A stretch of 58,472 nucleotides of DNA from Planctomycetota bacterium (GTDB lineage Bacteria > Planctomycetota > UBA11346). Position numbers and translations under genes: made by a program. The notes under the pieces are model-generated. The model was not told the origin of the DNA. It made no database searches and saw nothing but the letters and a program-made list of their open reading frames with translations. The DNA is taken from contig JACCZE010000230.1 of NCBI GenBank assembly GCA_013696105.1, positions 1 to 58,472 on the forward strand, given 5' to 3'. Positions 1 to 9,052 of this stretch are shown here, one piece after another (position 1 is the first letter of the stretch; each line of letters starts with the position of its first letter).

Positions 1-2185
1 CTTCGGGGCCGGCACCGCCGGCACCGCCGCCCTCGCCCGCGACCTTGGTGAATGCCGGCTCAGGGATCATCGCCTTGCGGCTCAGGCGGAACTTGCCCGT
101 GCGCTGGTCGACTTCCATGAGCTTGACCTGCACCTGGTCGCCTTCGCGCGCGACCTGTCTGAGATCGGAGATGTGCATCCAGTCCCACTCAGAGATGTGG
201 ACCAAGCCTTCGGTGCCGGGGATGAACTCGACGAACGCGCCGAAGTCCTTGATCGCCTTGATCGTCGCGGTGTAGGTCTTGCCGGGCTCGGGGAGCTCGG
301 TCAGGTCGGAGATCCAACCCTTGGCCTTCTCGATCGAGGCGGTGTCCGGCGAGGCGATGGTGATGATGCCATCGTCGTCGACGTTGATCTTGGCGCCGGT
401 CTCCTCCTGGATGCGGCGGATGGTCTCGCCGCCCTTGCCGATGATCTTGCCGATCAACAGCGGATCGATCTGGATCTGGATGATCTGCGGCGCGTACGGG
501 CTGAGCTGGCCGCGCGCAGCCGGGATCGCGGCGTTCATCTTCGCGAGGATGTGCAGCCGGCCCTGACGAGCCTGCTCGAGCGCTTCGCTCATCAGCTGGG
601 CGCTGATGCCCGCGATCTTGATGTCCATCTGCAGGGCGGTGACGCCCTTCTCGGTTCCGCAGACCTTGAAGTCCATGTCACCGTAGTGGTCCTCGTCGCC
701 GAGGATGTCGGTGAGCACCGCGTAGCGCTCGCCTTCCTTGACCAGGCCCATGGCAATGCCCGCGACCGGCGCCTTGATCGGCACACCCGAGGCCATCAGC
801 GCCATCGAGCCGCCGCACACCGAGGCCATCGACGATGAACCGTTGGATTCGGTGATCTCGGACACCAGTCGGATCAGGTACGGGAACTCCTCCTGCGCCG
901 GCAGCACCGACATCAGCGCGCGGCGCGCGAGCGCGCCGTGGCCGATTTCACGGCGTCCGGGACCCGGACGGCCGCCGGTCTCGCCGACCGAGAACGAGGG
1001 GAAGTTGTAATGCAGCAGGAAGCGCTCGTTGTACTTCGGCTTGAGGCCGTCGATCAGCATCTCGTCTTCCGAGGTGCCGAGCGTGCACACCACCAGGCCC
1101 TGGGTCTCGCCGCGCGTGAACATCGCCGAGCCGTGGGCGCGCGGGAGGACGTCGAGATCGATGACGATCGGGCGCACGGTCTTGGTGTCGCGGCCGTCGA
1201 TGCGCTTGCCCTCGAGGATCAGGTCGCGGAAGACCACGTCCTTGGCGTCGCCGTAGGCGGCCTTGATCTCGACCGCGGCCTTGTCCTTCTCGGCCTGCTC
1301 GCCGCCGGCGGTGGGCGCGAGTGCACCGATGATCGCTTCGCGGGCCGCCTTGACGGCGGATGCGCGTTCGTGCTTGTTCTGGGTGAGCAGCGCCTTGCGG
1401 ATGTCGTTGCGGTAGGTGCCGAGGATCTTGTCGACCCAGGGGCTCTGGACGGGCAGGTTGTGGACGGCCTTGGTCTTGCCGAACTTCGCGCGCAGCGCGT
1501 CGATCGCACCGCAGATCGTCTTGATCTGCTCATGTGCGAGCACCAGGGCCTCGACGAGCTTGGACTCGACGATCTCCTGGGCGCCGCACTCGACCATGGT
1601 GATCGCGTCCTTGGTGCCGGCCACGACCAGGTCGAGCGGCGAACCGACGCGCTGCGAAGCGGTCGGGTTGACGATCAGCTGGCCCTCGACCATGCCGATG
1701 CGCACCGCGCCGATGGGGCCGTTGAAGGGGATGTGGCTGCAGACCAGGGCGGCCGAGACGCCGATCATGCTGAGCATGTCGGACTCGTTCTCCTGGTCGT
1801 AGGACAGGACCATCGATTCGCACTTGGTGTCGCGCTTGTAGCCCTCGGGGAAGAGGGGGCGCAGCGGGCGATCGGTCAGGCGCGAGATCAGGGTCTCGTG
1901 GTCCGACGGGCGGGCTTCGCGGCGGAAGAAGTTGCCGGGGATGCGGCCCGCGGCGTAGTGCTTCTCGCGGTAGTCGACCGAAAGCGGGAAGAAGTCGAGA
2001 CCCGGGCGCGGGTCGCCGTCGCAGACGGTCGAGAGCACGATGGTCTCGCCGCAGCGGATCACCACCGCGCCGGCCGCCTGCTTGGCGACGTAGCCGGTCT
2101 CGAGGGTGATGGTCTTGCCGCCGAGCGAGATCTCGACGGTGTGCTTGTGCATGTTGAGGGCTTGGAGCGAGGATTCGCGATCCAT
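1..2185 (-). CDS. pnp: Polyribonucleotide nucleotidyltransferase (PNPase), 3' end runs off the window
   Basis: Minus-strand frame from ATG at 2185 (AAAGGA RBS): MDRESSLQALNMHKHTVEISLGGKTITLETGYVAKQAAG..., with DFFPLSVDYREK, RIDGR, HGSAMFTRGETQ, ESNGSSSMAS, GDMDFKV, then KH and S1 domains; lies downstream of rpsO. Missing from the ORF track because there is no stop in the window. Confidence 0.97.
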   Translation of the reverse strand, partial: MDRESSLQALNMHKHTVEISLGGKTITLETGYVAKQAAGAVVIRCGETIVLSTVCDGDPRPGLDFFPLSVDYREKHYAAGRIPGNFFRREARPSDHETLISRLTDRPLRPLFPEGYKRDTKCESMVLSYDQENESDMLSMIGVSAALVCSHIPFNGPIGAVRIGMVEGQLIVNPTASQRVGSPLDLVVAGTKDAITMVECGAQEIVESKLVEALVLAHEQIKTICGAIDALRAKFGKTKAVHNLPVQSPWVDKILGTYRNDIRKALLTQNKHERASAVKAAREAIIGALAPTAGGEQAEKDKAAVEIKAAYGDAKDVVFRDLILEGKRIDGRDTKTVRPIVIDLDVLPRAHGSAMFTRGETQGLVVCTLGTSEDEMLIDGLKPKYNERFLLHYNFPSFSVGETGGRPGPGRREIGHGALARRALMSVLPAQEEFPYLIRLVSEITESNGSSSMASVCGGSMALMASGVPIKAPVAGIAMGLVKEGERYAVLTDILGDEDHYGDMDFKVCGTEKGVTALQMDIKIAGISAQLMSEALEQARQGRLHILAKMNAAIPAARGQLSPYAPQIIQIQIDPLLIGKIIGKGGETIRRIQEETGAKINVDDDGIITIASPDTASIEKAKGWISDLTELPEPGKTYTATIKAIKDFGAFVEFIPGTEGLVHISEWDWMHISDLRQVAREGDQVQVKLMEVDQRTGKFRLSRKAMIPEPAFTKVAGEGGGAGGAGPE

Positions 2186-2253
2186 GGGAGTCCTTTTCGT
2201 CGGAGCATCGCTCCGACTGGGGCCCGTAGGCCCCGAGGGCCGCTTCCCATGTG

Positions 2254-2303
2254 CCTGTCCAAAGAGCTGTCGATCCGGTGCGATCGGCAGCTTTTTGGAA
2301 AGG
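2254..2303 (-). promoter_or_regulatory. Long hairpin in the rpsO-pnp leader (possible RNase III processing/autoregulation stem)
   Basis: tccaaagagctgtcgatc (2258-2275) and gatcggcagctttttgga (2282-2299) are complementary at 16 of 18 positions; same position as the RNase III stem of the E. coli pnp leader. Confidence 0.45.
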
Positions 2304-2349
2304 GGCGGGGAAACGGCGGGTGGTTGGGAAAACAGAGACGGCAGATTGT

Positions 2350-2385
2350 GAAAGAGTGCGGCCAGCCCCCGAGAGGGCTGGCCGC
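2350..2385 (-). terminator. Intrinsic terminator/hairpin after rpsO
   Basis: gcggccagccc...gggctggccgc 11-bp GC stem (2358-2385) followed on the minus strand by ACTCTTTC, 11 nt after the rpsO stop. Confidence 0.65.
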
Positions 2386-2396
2386 GGAAACGGGTG

Positions 2397-2672
2397 TCAG
2401 ATCTTCTGGCGGATGCCGAGCTTCTCGGTGAGCTTGCGGTACTGCTCGATGTCCGTCTGGTTGATGTACTTGAGCAGCTTCTGCCGCTTGGCGACCATCA
2501 TCAGCAGGCCGCGCCGGCTGTGGAAGTCCTTCTTATGGCCCTTCAGATGCTCGGTCAGGTGGTTGATGCGTTCGCTGAGCAGGGCGATCTGCACGGCCGC
2601 CGATCCGGTGTTCTTGTCGGTGCCGCCGAACTCCTTGATGAGGGTGCCCTTGCGCTCTTTGGTCATGGTCAT
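2397..2672 (-). CDS. rpsO: 30S ribosomal protein S15
   Basis: [15 protein letters not shown]...[48 protein letters not shown]; AAGGA RBS upstream of ATG 2672; rpsO-pnp synteny. Confidence 0.98.
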   Translation of the reverse strand: MTMTKERKGTLIKEFGGTDKNTGSAAVQIALLSERINHLTEHLKGHKKDFHSRRGLLMMVAKRQKLLKYINQTDIEQYRKLTEKLGIRQKI

Positions 2673-3014
2673 GGTACGCTGTCCTTGGGGTGTTTGCCGA
2701 ACTGAGACCTGGAGGGCGTCGCGTGATCGCGTCTCCACGTCGTGAGGGGCAGCACGGTATCTGCGGGGAGGTGATGAGCAAGGTATCCTATCCCCTGCAT
2801 GGGCTATGGGCTACGTCCACCGTTGCCCTCGAATTCACAGACGGACCTCAGTGGATGCCAATCGGGTTCCTGATTCGAAACCAGCAGAGCAGGCCACCAG
2901 TCCAGGAGGCGGGAGGAGCCCGTGCGTCCTTGACGTGATCGTCCGAGCGATGGGTCGTGCCATCGCTTTGGGTTCGCCGATTGCCAGTTCGCCTTCGCGG
3001 CATCCAATTCCCAT

Positions 3015-3827
3015 ATGCCCAGCTCGCAGATCCCCCCTTTGCACGTCGGTTCCTATGTCTTCCGCAGTCGCCTGCTGGTCGGCACCGGGAAATATCCCGA
3101 CAACGAGACGATGAAGCTCGCGCTCTCGGAATCCGGAGCCGATGTCGTCACCGTCGCGGTCCGTCGTGCGAATCTCGGCGATCGCGGAACCGGCCAGAGC
3201 CTGCTCGACCACATCGGGCCCGAGTATCAGCTGCTGCCGAACACCGCGGGCTGCTTCAACACCGAGGACGCGTTGCGCACCGCCCGTCTCGGCCGCGAGC
3301 TCGGCATCTCGGACATGGTCAAGCTCGAGGTCCTCGCCGATCAGCAGACCCTGCTGCCGCATCCGACGCAGACGCTCGAGGCGACGCGCGTCCTGGCGCA
3401 GGAAGGATTCACCGTCCTGGTCTACACCAGCGACGATCCGGTGCTGGCGCTGGAGCTGGAATCCGCCGGCGCCGCCGCGGTGATGCCGGCGGGTGCGCCG
3501 ATCGGCAGCGGGCAGGGGATCCTCAACCGCAACAGCATGGAGATCATCATCGAGCGCGCGAAGGTGCCGATCATCATCGATGCCGGCGTCGGCACCGCAT
3601 CGGACGTGGCGATCGCGATGGAACTCGGCGCCGCTGGTGTCCTGCTGAACACCGGCATCGCCGGCGCCAAGGATCCGGTGCGCATGGCGCGGGCGATGCG
3701 GCACGCTTTGGAAGCCGGGTACTGGGCGGCAGGAGCCGGGCGCATCGGCCGCAAACGGTATGCCAACGCCAGTTCGCCCGTCACCGGACTGATCGCCTCG
3801 GCGCACGGTGGCATTCTCGGCGAGTGA
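3015..3827 (+). CDS. thiG: Thiazole synthase
   Basis: [44 protein letters not shown](N)ASSP motifs. Confidence 0.96.
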   Translation: MPSSQIPPLHVGSYVFRSRLLVGTGKYPDNETMKLALSESGADVVTVAVRRANLGDRGTGQSLLDHIGPEYQLLPNTAGCFNTEDALRTARLGRELGISDMVKLEVLADQQTLLPHPTQTLEATRVLAQEGFTVLVYTSDDPVLALELESAGAAAVMPAGAPIGSGQGILNRNSMEIIIERAKVPIIIDAGVGTASDVAIAMELGAAGVLLNTGIAGAKDPVRMARAMRHALEAGYWAAGAGRIGRKRYANASSPVTGLIASAHGGILGE

Positions 3828-3919
3828 TGCCCAGCGGTTGCAACCGCAGGCGGATACGGCGATCAGCGTTCTGCGATCATTCCTCGAACCGCCCGCGCTG
3901 GCGAGCGGAGGCGAGGGAC

Positions 3920-4801
3920 TCAGTTCAGGCAGCCGGCCAGTCGCAGCGCCGTGACCAGCTCCGCCGCGGCGGTGGAGCGGTTCAGCGCATAGATGTGCAG
4001 CCCGGGCGCGCCTGCCTCGAGCAGGTCCTGGCAGAAGGCGACGGTGCAGGCGATGCCGGCCTTGCGCACCGCGATGGGGTCATCGGCCAGCGGCGCGAGC
4101 GTGGCGCGCACCGAGTCCGGGATGGTCGCGCCGCACCGCGCGCAGAAACGCTCGAGCGCGTGGAAGTCGGTGATCGGCAGGATGCCCGGGATGATGCGCT
4201 GCCGTTTGCCGGTGGTGCGCGTGACGTGCTCGACCAGTTCCTGGTACGGCCGTGCCTCGAAGAAACATTGGGTGATCGCCGCGGTGGCTCCGCGGCGGAA
4301 TTTCTCGACCAGCCAATCCCAATCCGCGCTGCGGCTGGGATTGTCGGGATGGCCTTCGGGGAAGGCGGCGCAGACGATGGCGAAGCGGCGGTCGGTGCGG
4401 ATCAGGTCGATCAGGTCGGTCGCGTAGGCGCAGCCACCGTCGGTCGGCGTGAAGCGCGCTTCGCCCTTTGGTGGATCGCCGCGCAGCGCGAGCAGGTTCT
4501 CGATACCGGCGCCGTGGTACTCGTCGAACAGCGCGCGCAGTTCATCCTTGGTGGCATTGACGCAGGTGAGGTGCGCCATCGCGGTCACCCCGGTCTTGGC
4601 CTGGATGTGCTCGACCACTTCGCGCGTCTTCGCGCGCGTGCCGCCGCCCGCGCCGTAGGTCACCGAGATGAAATCGGGACCGAGCGGAACCAGCTGATCG
4701 ATGGTGTCTTCGAGGGTGTACCAGGCGCGTTCGTTCTTCGGTGGGAAGAATTCGAACGACAGGGTCTGGTTCCGGGTCGCGAACAACTGGTCCAGGCGCA
4801 T
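3920..4801 (-). CDS. metF: 5,10-methylenetetrahydrofolate reductase
   Basis: SFEFFPPK, FISVTYGAGG, AHLTC, LALRGDPP, AFPEGHP, ITQCFF, GLHIYALN. Confidence 0.96.
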   Translation of the reverse strand: MRLDQLFATRNQTLSFEFFPPKNERAWYTLEDTIDQLVPLGPDFISVTYGAGGGTRAKTREVVEHIQAKTGVTAMAHLTCVNATKDELRALFDEYHGAGIENLLALRGDPPKGEARFTPTDGGCAYATDLIDLIRTDRRFAIVCAAFPEGHPDNPSRSADWDWLVEKFRRGATAAITQCFFEARPYQELVEHVTRTTGKRQRIIPGILPITDFHALERFCARCGATIPDSVRATLAPLADDPIAVRKAGIACTVAFCQDLLEAGAPGLHIYALNRSTAAAELVTALRLAGCLN

Positions 4802-4827
4802 CGCCGGATGATGCGCCGAGGCATCGA

Positions 4828-4849
4828 TCCATCAAGATGAAACGATGGA
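4828..4849. promoter_or_regulatory. Palindromic operator candidate upstream of metF (SahR/SamR-like)
   Basis: TCCATC-AAGATGAAAC-GATGGA, an ATC-N10-GAT palindrome about 27 nt upstream of the metF start; resembles the ATCAA...TTGAT boxes of SahR-type ArsR regulators of met/SAM-cycle genes (from memory). Confidence 0.45.
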
Positions 4850-4877
4850 CTCACTGCCGCGACGACGATGCTCGCGG

Positions 4878-5066
4878 GTTAGGTCGCCGGGCCGTAGGGG
4901 CGAACCCCTGCATCAACCGTGGCGCAGCCACCGGGCGCCGAGTGGCGGTGGCGGCATAGGATCGGCGCAGCCGATGCCGCCACGATTACGCAGGCGCAGC
5001 CGGAGTGATCGAGCCACGACAAAGCCCGCGGGGTAGGCCCGCCGGGCCGTAGGGGCGAAGCCCCTG
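4878..5066. repeat. REP/BIME-like cluster: two copies of GCCGGGCC-GTAGGGGCGAA(G)CCCCTG flanking three GGC-GCA-GCC mini-hairpins
   Basis: Direct repeats at about 4886-4910 and 5041-5066; GTAG tetranucleotide followed by the hairpin GGGGC-GAA-GCCCC; GGCGCAGCC at about 4921, 4964 and 4993. Confidence 0.7.
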
Positions 5067-5068
5067 AA

Positions 5069-5602
5069 TCAATAGCTCAGCCAGATGCCGCCGAGGGCCA
5101 GCCCGAGGCCCGCCGCCCGATACACCAGCGCATCCGCGGGGCCGATGACCACGGGCTTACGCAGCAGTTGGCTGAGGATGCCGGACTCCGCCCGCCGCAG
5201 CATGCCGGCCATGATGATCATCAGGCAGCCGATCACCACGCTGATCGCGGCGAAGGCCACGACCAGGAAGGACTGGCCCATGAAGGTTCCGACCAGGCCA
5301 TACCCCATTCCGATCGAGATCAGCACCACGGTGGTGTAGAGGATGTCCGCGGGGCGCAGGCTGGCGTAGGCAGCTGGACGATGATCGGGGAGGTGCTCGG
5401 TGATGCGGGCGAGCAAGGCATGGTGGTGCTGCGGATCGAGCGGACGCGCGCCAGCGGTCATCGCTCGGTGGAGGTCGGCGAGCGCCTGGTGCTCGGCGGC
5501 GAGCTGAGGCCGATCGCGCAGCGACCGCTCGGTACCGGCGGCCTCGCCGGCCGTGAGTTCGCCATCGATCAGCCGTTGGGCGAAGAGGGCATCCTGGTTC
5601 AT
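5069..5602 (-). CDS. Membrane protein with anti-sigma-factor-like N-terminus and about 3 TM helices
   Basis: RLIDGELTAGEAAGTERSL resembles the anti-sigma N-terminal YLDGEL motif but lacks HxxxCxxC; C-terminal hydrophobic segments; AGGA RBS. Confidence 0.7.
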   Translation of the reverse strand: MNQDALFAQRLIDGELTAGEAAGTERSLRDRPQLAAEHQALADLHRAMTAGARPLDPQHHHALLARITEHLPDHRPAAYASLRPADILYTTVVLISIGMGYGLVGTFMGQSFLVVAFAAISVVIGCLMIIMAGMLRRAESGILSQLLRKPVVIGPADALVYRAAGLGLALGGIWLSY

Positions 5603-5679
5603 GTTCGGTTGGTCCTACATCCAAGACGAGCAAGGGGGGCGCGATCCAGACACGGGAATAGGTGGCGCAGACATATCTG

Positions 5680-5880
5680 CTACCCCCCACCTACCAGGGT
5701 GACGACCTCGATCCGGTCGCCAGCGGCCAGGGTCCGGCCCGCGTGATCGACCCGGCGAACGATCTGGCGGTTCACCTCGACGGCGACGCGGGTCCCGGGA
5801 AGGGCGAGTCGCGCCAACAGCTCGGAGACCGAACAGGGCTCGGGGATCTCCAGATCCTGGTCGTTCACGGTGACGCGCAT
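5680..5880 (-). CDS. thiS: Sulfur carrier protein ThiS
   Basis: MRVTVND...VAVEVNRQIV...GDRIEVVTLVGGG with C-terminal GG; thiG nearby. Confidence 0.93.
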   Translation of the reverse strand: MRVTVNDQDLEIPEPCSVSELLARLALPGTRVAVEVNRQIVRRVDHAGRTLAAGDRIEVVTLVGGG

Positions 5881-5925
5881 CGTTGGGATTGTCCCCATCC
5901 ACTCGGCTGGGCAATGCGCGGCTGT

Positions 5926-6921
5926 TCACAGCCAGCCCAGTTCACGAGCCTGTTCCTGCACCAGCGGCAGTGCTTCAGTGAGGATCGGCAGTGCTGCATC
6001 GCGACTTCCCAAGCTGAACAGCGCGACCAGCAGGTTCCGCCGAAAGCGTTCGTAGCCGATACGGCGGACGGCACGGCCGGCGAAGACCCGATCGAAGGAC
6101 TCTGCCGTGACCGCGAGCAGCACGGCATCGACATCGCCGCCCACGAGTTTCGGATCTCCGGCAGGGGGTGCGAAACGGTTCCACGGGCAGGCCTCCTGGC
6201 AGAGATCGCACCCGAACCACCAGCCTTCGAAGCGCTCGGCGAGCGCACGCGGGATCACGCCGCGATGCTCGATGGTGAGGTAGCTGATGCATCGCTCAGA
6301 GATCACGCGGCGGTCGACCAGGGCAGCGGTGGGACAGCGACGCTCACAGGACGTGCACGAGCCGCAGCGGTCGGCGGCGAGGCCGCCGTCGCGGCGCTCG
6401 ATCGGCGCTTCGCTCAGGAGGAAGCCGAGGAAACGGTAGCTGCCGGTCTCGGGCGAGATGAGCAGCGCATTGCGGCCGATCCATCCCAGCCCAGCGAGGC
6501 GGGCGATGGTGCGCTCGTTCAGCGGAGCGGAATCCACCACCGCGCGGTGCTCCCAGACCGCGCCCATGCGCCGGTTGATGGCATCGCCGACGCGCGCGAG
6601 CTTCCGGCGCAACAGGTTGTGGTAGTCGCTGCCGGCGGCGTAACGCGCGCGCTTCAGTGCGCCGTCGTGACCATGCGGATGGTACGCCAACGCGACCGCG
6701 ACGATGCTGCGTGCGCTGGGCAGCAGCGCGGTCGGCGTCAGGCGCATCTCCGCGCGCTCCGCCAGCCACTCCATGTCGCCGACGCCGTCGGATAGCAGGC
6801 GTTCGAGTCCCTGCGGATCGAGTCGCGCCGGCGGTTCGATGACCGCCAGCGACTCGAGCCCCTGGACGCGGCACTCCTCGGCGAGCAGCTGCAATGGAAC
6901 CGTCTCGACCGGGATGGTCAT
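5926..6921 (-). CDS. queG: tRNA epoxyqueuosine(34) reductase
   Basis: ARYAAGSDYH, VDSAPLNER, AGLGWIGRN, CGSCTSCERRCP, CISYLTIE, FGCDLCQEACPWN; ATG 6921 overlaps the upstream stop (ATGA). Confidence 0.95.
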   Translation of the reverse strand: MTIPVETVPLQLLAEECRVQGLESLAVIEPPARLDPQGLERLLSDGVGDMEWLAERAEMRLTPTALLPSARSIVAVALAYHPHGHDGALKRARYAAGSDYHNLLRRKLARVGDAINRRMGAVWEHRAVVDSAPLNERTIARLAGLGWIGRNALLISPETGSYRFLGFLLSEAPIERRDGGLAADRCGSCTSCERRCPTAALVDRRVISERCISYLTIEHRGVIPRALAERFEGWWFGCDLCQEACPWNRFAPPAGDPKLVGGDVDAVLLAVTAESFDRVFAGRAVRRIGYERFRRNLLVALFSLGSRDAALPILTEALPLVQEQARELGWL

Positions 6922-7748
6922 CCCCAGACTCCGCACAGGCCGAGCTCGTCGTCGAGTTCGCGGAGCCGGCGGATGCGCCCTCGGCCATGATCGCGTGCGA
7001 GCCGCTGCAGGACCGCGCCGAGGCTCTCCGGTCGACCGAGCGCCCAACCCGATGTCAGGGCGCGGCCGTAGGCGATGCGCGCATCCGCTGAGATCGTCGC
7101 GGCGAAACGCCGCAGGTACCCGACGTGGTGCGGCGCCAATGGTGGCGCGCAGCCAGGTGGCGATTCATCCGCGGGAAAGAGGAATTCGTCTGGACCGATG
7201 CGTAATGGCGGTGCCGCGAGGGTCGGCAGGACTCTACCGGCTGCACGCGCATGCCTGCTGCAGGAGAGCGCCCCCAGCTCGGGTGCGGATTCTTCGAGCC
7301 AAGTGATCGCTGCGAGCACCGCGCGATCATCGGCGATGAAGGTCGAACGGAAGCGGCTCGCCCACATGCGTCCGCGCAGTCCATGACGTCGATTGCGGTC
7401 GCGGCTGTAGCGTTGCAACAAGGTCTGCATGAGTCCACCCAGGCTCGACAACCGCGCACGCAATCGCCCTGGTGTCGGTGATGATCGTGACGACAGCCGA
7501 GCCCAACGGTCGACCAGGGCAGCGTCGGAGTCCGCGGCGGCCTCCTCGTGTCGGATGATCAGGTGCAGTGCGGTCGGGGTCAGCGCGTAGGCGTAGATGC
7601 GCGACTCGAACACCACCCGCACGGTCTCCAGGTGAGCGAGGAAGCGGTCGCATTCGTCCGTCGAGGGAAATACCCGATGACCCGCCGCGGAGCCGACGGT
7701 GACATAGGAGGTCGCGGCGCCGGTGGGATCTTGGAGCCGGGCGACCAT
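6918..7748 (-). CDS. Degenerate Y1/HUH REP-associated tyrosine transposase (RAYT)-like protein, predicted inactive
   Basis: IYAYALTPTALHLII (RAYT: AYCLMxNHxHLL), RLSSLGGLMQTLLQRYSRDRNRRHGLRGRMWASRFRS (RAYT: LSxFMxxLxQxxxxxxNRRHxRxGxLWxxRFKS), AAITWLEES (RAYT: YIxxNP). The first HUH His and the catalytic Tyr are replaced. Confidence 0.75.
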   Translation of the reverse strand: MVARLQDPTGAATSYVTVGSAAGHRVFPSTDECDRFLAHLETVRVVFESRIYAYALTPTALHLIIRHEEAAADSDAALVDRWARLSSRSSPTPGRLRARLSSLGGLMQTLLQRYSRDRNRRHGLRGRMWASRFRSTFIADDRAVLAAITWLEESAPELGALSCSRHARAAGRVLPTLAAPPLRIGPDEFLFPADESPPGCAPPLAPHHVGYLRRFAATISADARIAYGRALTSGWALGRPESLGAVLQRLARDHGRGRIRRLRELDDELGLCGVWG

Positions 7749-7854
7749 CGATGCCACCGTATGTGAATTCGATGACACACAATGAATAAGCAGCTTGCCC
7801 CGTGGTCTGATGTCCTTAACGTCTGTGCCATTACAGCTCTTGAAGGACCAGTAC

Positions 7855-8715
7855 ATGGCGATCCATCCGCTCGCGGTGGTCGATAGTCAGGCGACCGTCC
7901 ACCCCGATGCCACCATCGGTCCATTCTGCTGCGTCCAGGGCCATGTGACCATCGGCCAGGGCGCCGAGCTGCGCAACCACGTCACGGTCTACGGCCGTTC
8001 GACCATCGGTGCGCGCACCATCCTCTTCCCCGGCTGCGTCATCGGCAGCGACCCGCAGGATCTCAAGTTCCGCGGCGAGGACAGCGAGACGGTGATCGGC
8101 AGCGACTGCCGCATCCACGAATTCGTCACCGTCAGCAAGGGCACGGCCGGCGGCGGGATGAAGACGATCATCGGCGACGCCACCCTGGTGATGGCCTATG
8201 CGCACATCGCGCATGACTGCATCCTCGCCGACCACGTGGTGATCGGCAACAACAGCCAGCTCGCGGGCCACGTGAAAGTGGGCCGGAAAGCGGTGATCAG
8301 CGGCATGATCGGCGTGCACCACTTCGCCTCGATCGGCGAACTGTCGTTCGTCGGCGCGATGAGCGGCGTTCGCTTCGACATCCCGCCGTTCATGATCGCC
8401 GAAGGCAACCCCGCCGAACCGCGGAACATCAACCAGGTCGGCATGCGTCGCGACGGGTGGAGCGAAGAGCACATCCGTGCGGTCAAAGATGCGTTCCGGG
8501 TGCTCTATCACGATCGTGGCAACAAAGCCCTCAGCCAGGCGGTTGCCGACTTCAGGGCTACGATGCCCACCGATGCCACCCACCCGGTGAATCGGCTCGT
8601 CACCTGGATCTCGGACCACCTCGAGACCAGCGTCCGTGGACGCGTCCAAGAAGCGACCCGCCAGCCGGCCGCGGGTCTGCGCACCTCGCTGCCCGCGGCC
8701 CAGGCTCAAGCCTGA
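7855..8715 (+). CDS. lpxA: Acyl-ACP--UDP-N-acetylglucosamine O-acyltransferase
   Basis: IHPLAVVD, hexapeptide repeats, PQDLKF, MAYAHIAHDC, LAGHV, GVHHF, DIPPF, NQVGMRR; GAAGGA RBS. Confidence 0.95.
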   Translation: MAIHPLAVVDSQATVHPDATIGPFCCVQGHVTIGQGAELRNHVTVYGRSTIGARTILFPGCVIGSDPQDLKFRGEDSETVIGSDCRIHEFVTVSKGTAGGGMKTIIGDATLVMAYAHIAHDCILADHVVIGNNSQLAGHVKVGRKAVISGMIGVHHFASIGELSFVGAMSGVRFDIPPFMIAEGNPAEPRNINQVGMRRDGWSEEHIRAVKDAFRVLYHDRGNKALSQAVADFRATMPTDATHPVNRLVTWISDHLETSVRGRVQEATRQPAAGLRTSLPAAQAQA

Positions 8716-8791
8716 GCGCTGGATCGCCCTGGCCGGGGCTTGCCCTGGGCATCAGAGGCCTATTCTCAGCACCCCCCGCAGCAGAGGTCAC

Positions 8792-8956
8792 ATGAGCATC
8801 CACGGTTCCTATGTCGGTAAGGGCGGCTTCCTCAAGCACCGCAATGTCCTGTCGCGTGTCGAGCGCATCGAGCGCCTCAAGGTCGACGGCAAGTGGGCCA
8901 AGGACAAGAACTCGATTTTCAACCTGCCCAAGGTCCGCAACATCAAGATGACCTGA
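8792..8956 (+). CDS. PVC-superphylum signature small basic protein (54 aa)
   Basis: MSIHGSY...KHRNVLSRVERIERLK..GKW....SIFNLPKVR matches the Planctomycetes/Verrucomicrobia/Chlamydiae small basic protein consensus (RNVLxRxERI..L...G.W.....LPKV); GAGG RBS. Confidence 0.88.
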   Translation: MSIHGSYVGKGGFLKHRNVLSRVERIERLKVDGKWAKDKNSIFNLPKVRNIKMT

Positions 8957-9052
8957 TTCCGGTCGGGCATCCGCTGACTCGCTGATCGGTCGCCATTCGG
9001 CGGCCGATCGTCGTTTCTGGCGGGCCGCGGCGGGGCGATGGTCTGCGGGCAC

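Noticed and set aside
2804-3007. 67-aa minus-strand ORF between rpsO and thiG
   Set aside because: TTG start, no RBS or motif, atypical codon usage; probably divergent promoter DNA.
2690-3014. TPP riboswitch upstream of thiG
   Set aside because: A CTGAGA occurs near 2702, but the rest of the TPP core (ACCTGA..., TAATGC...GTAGGGA) could not be found, and it lies in the rpsO leader about 300 nt from thiG.
4802-5068. SAM/SAH riboswitch upstream of metF
   Set aside because: No recognisable aptamer consensus; the structure is explained by REP-like hairpins.
6918-7748. Active IS200/IS605 or RAYT mobile element
   Set aside because: Catalytic His and Tyr are missing, there is no tnpB, and no flanking element ends were seen.
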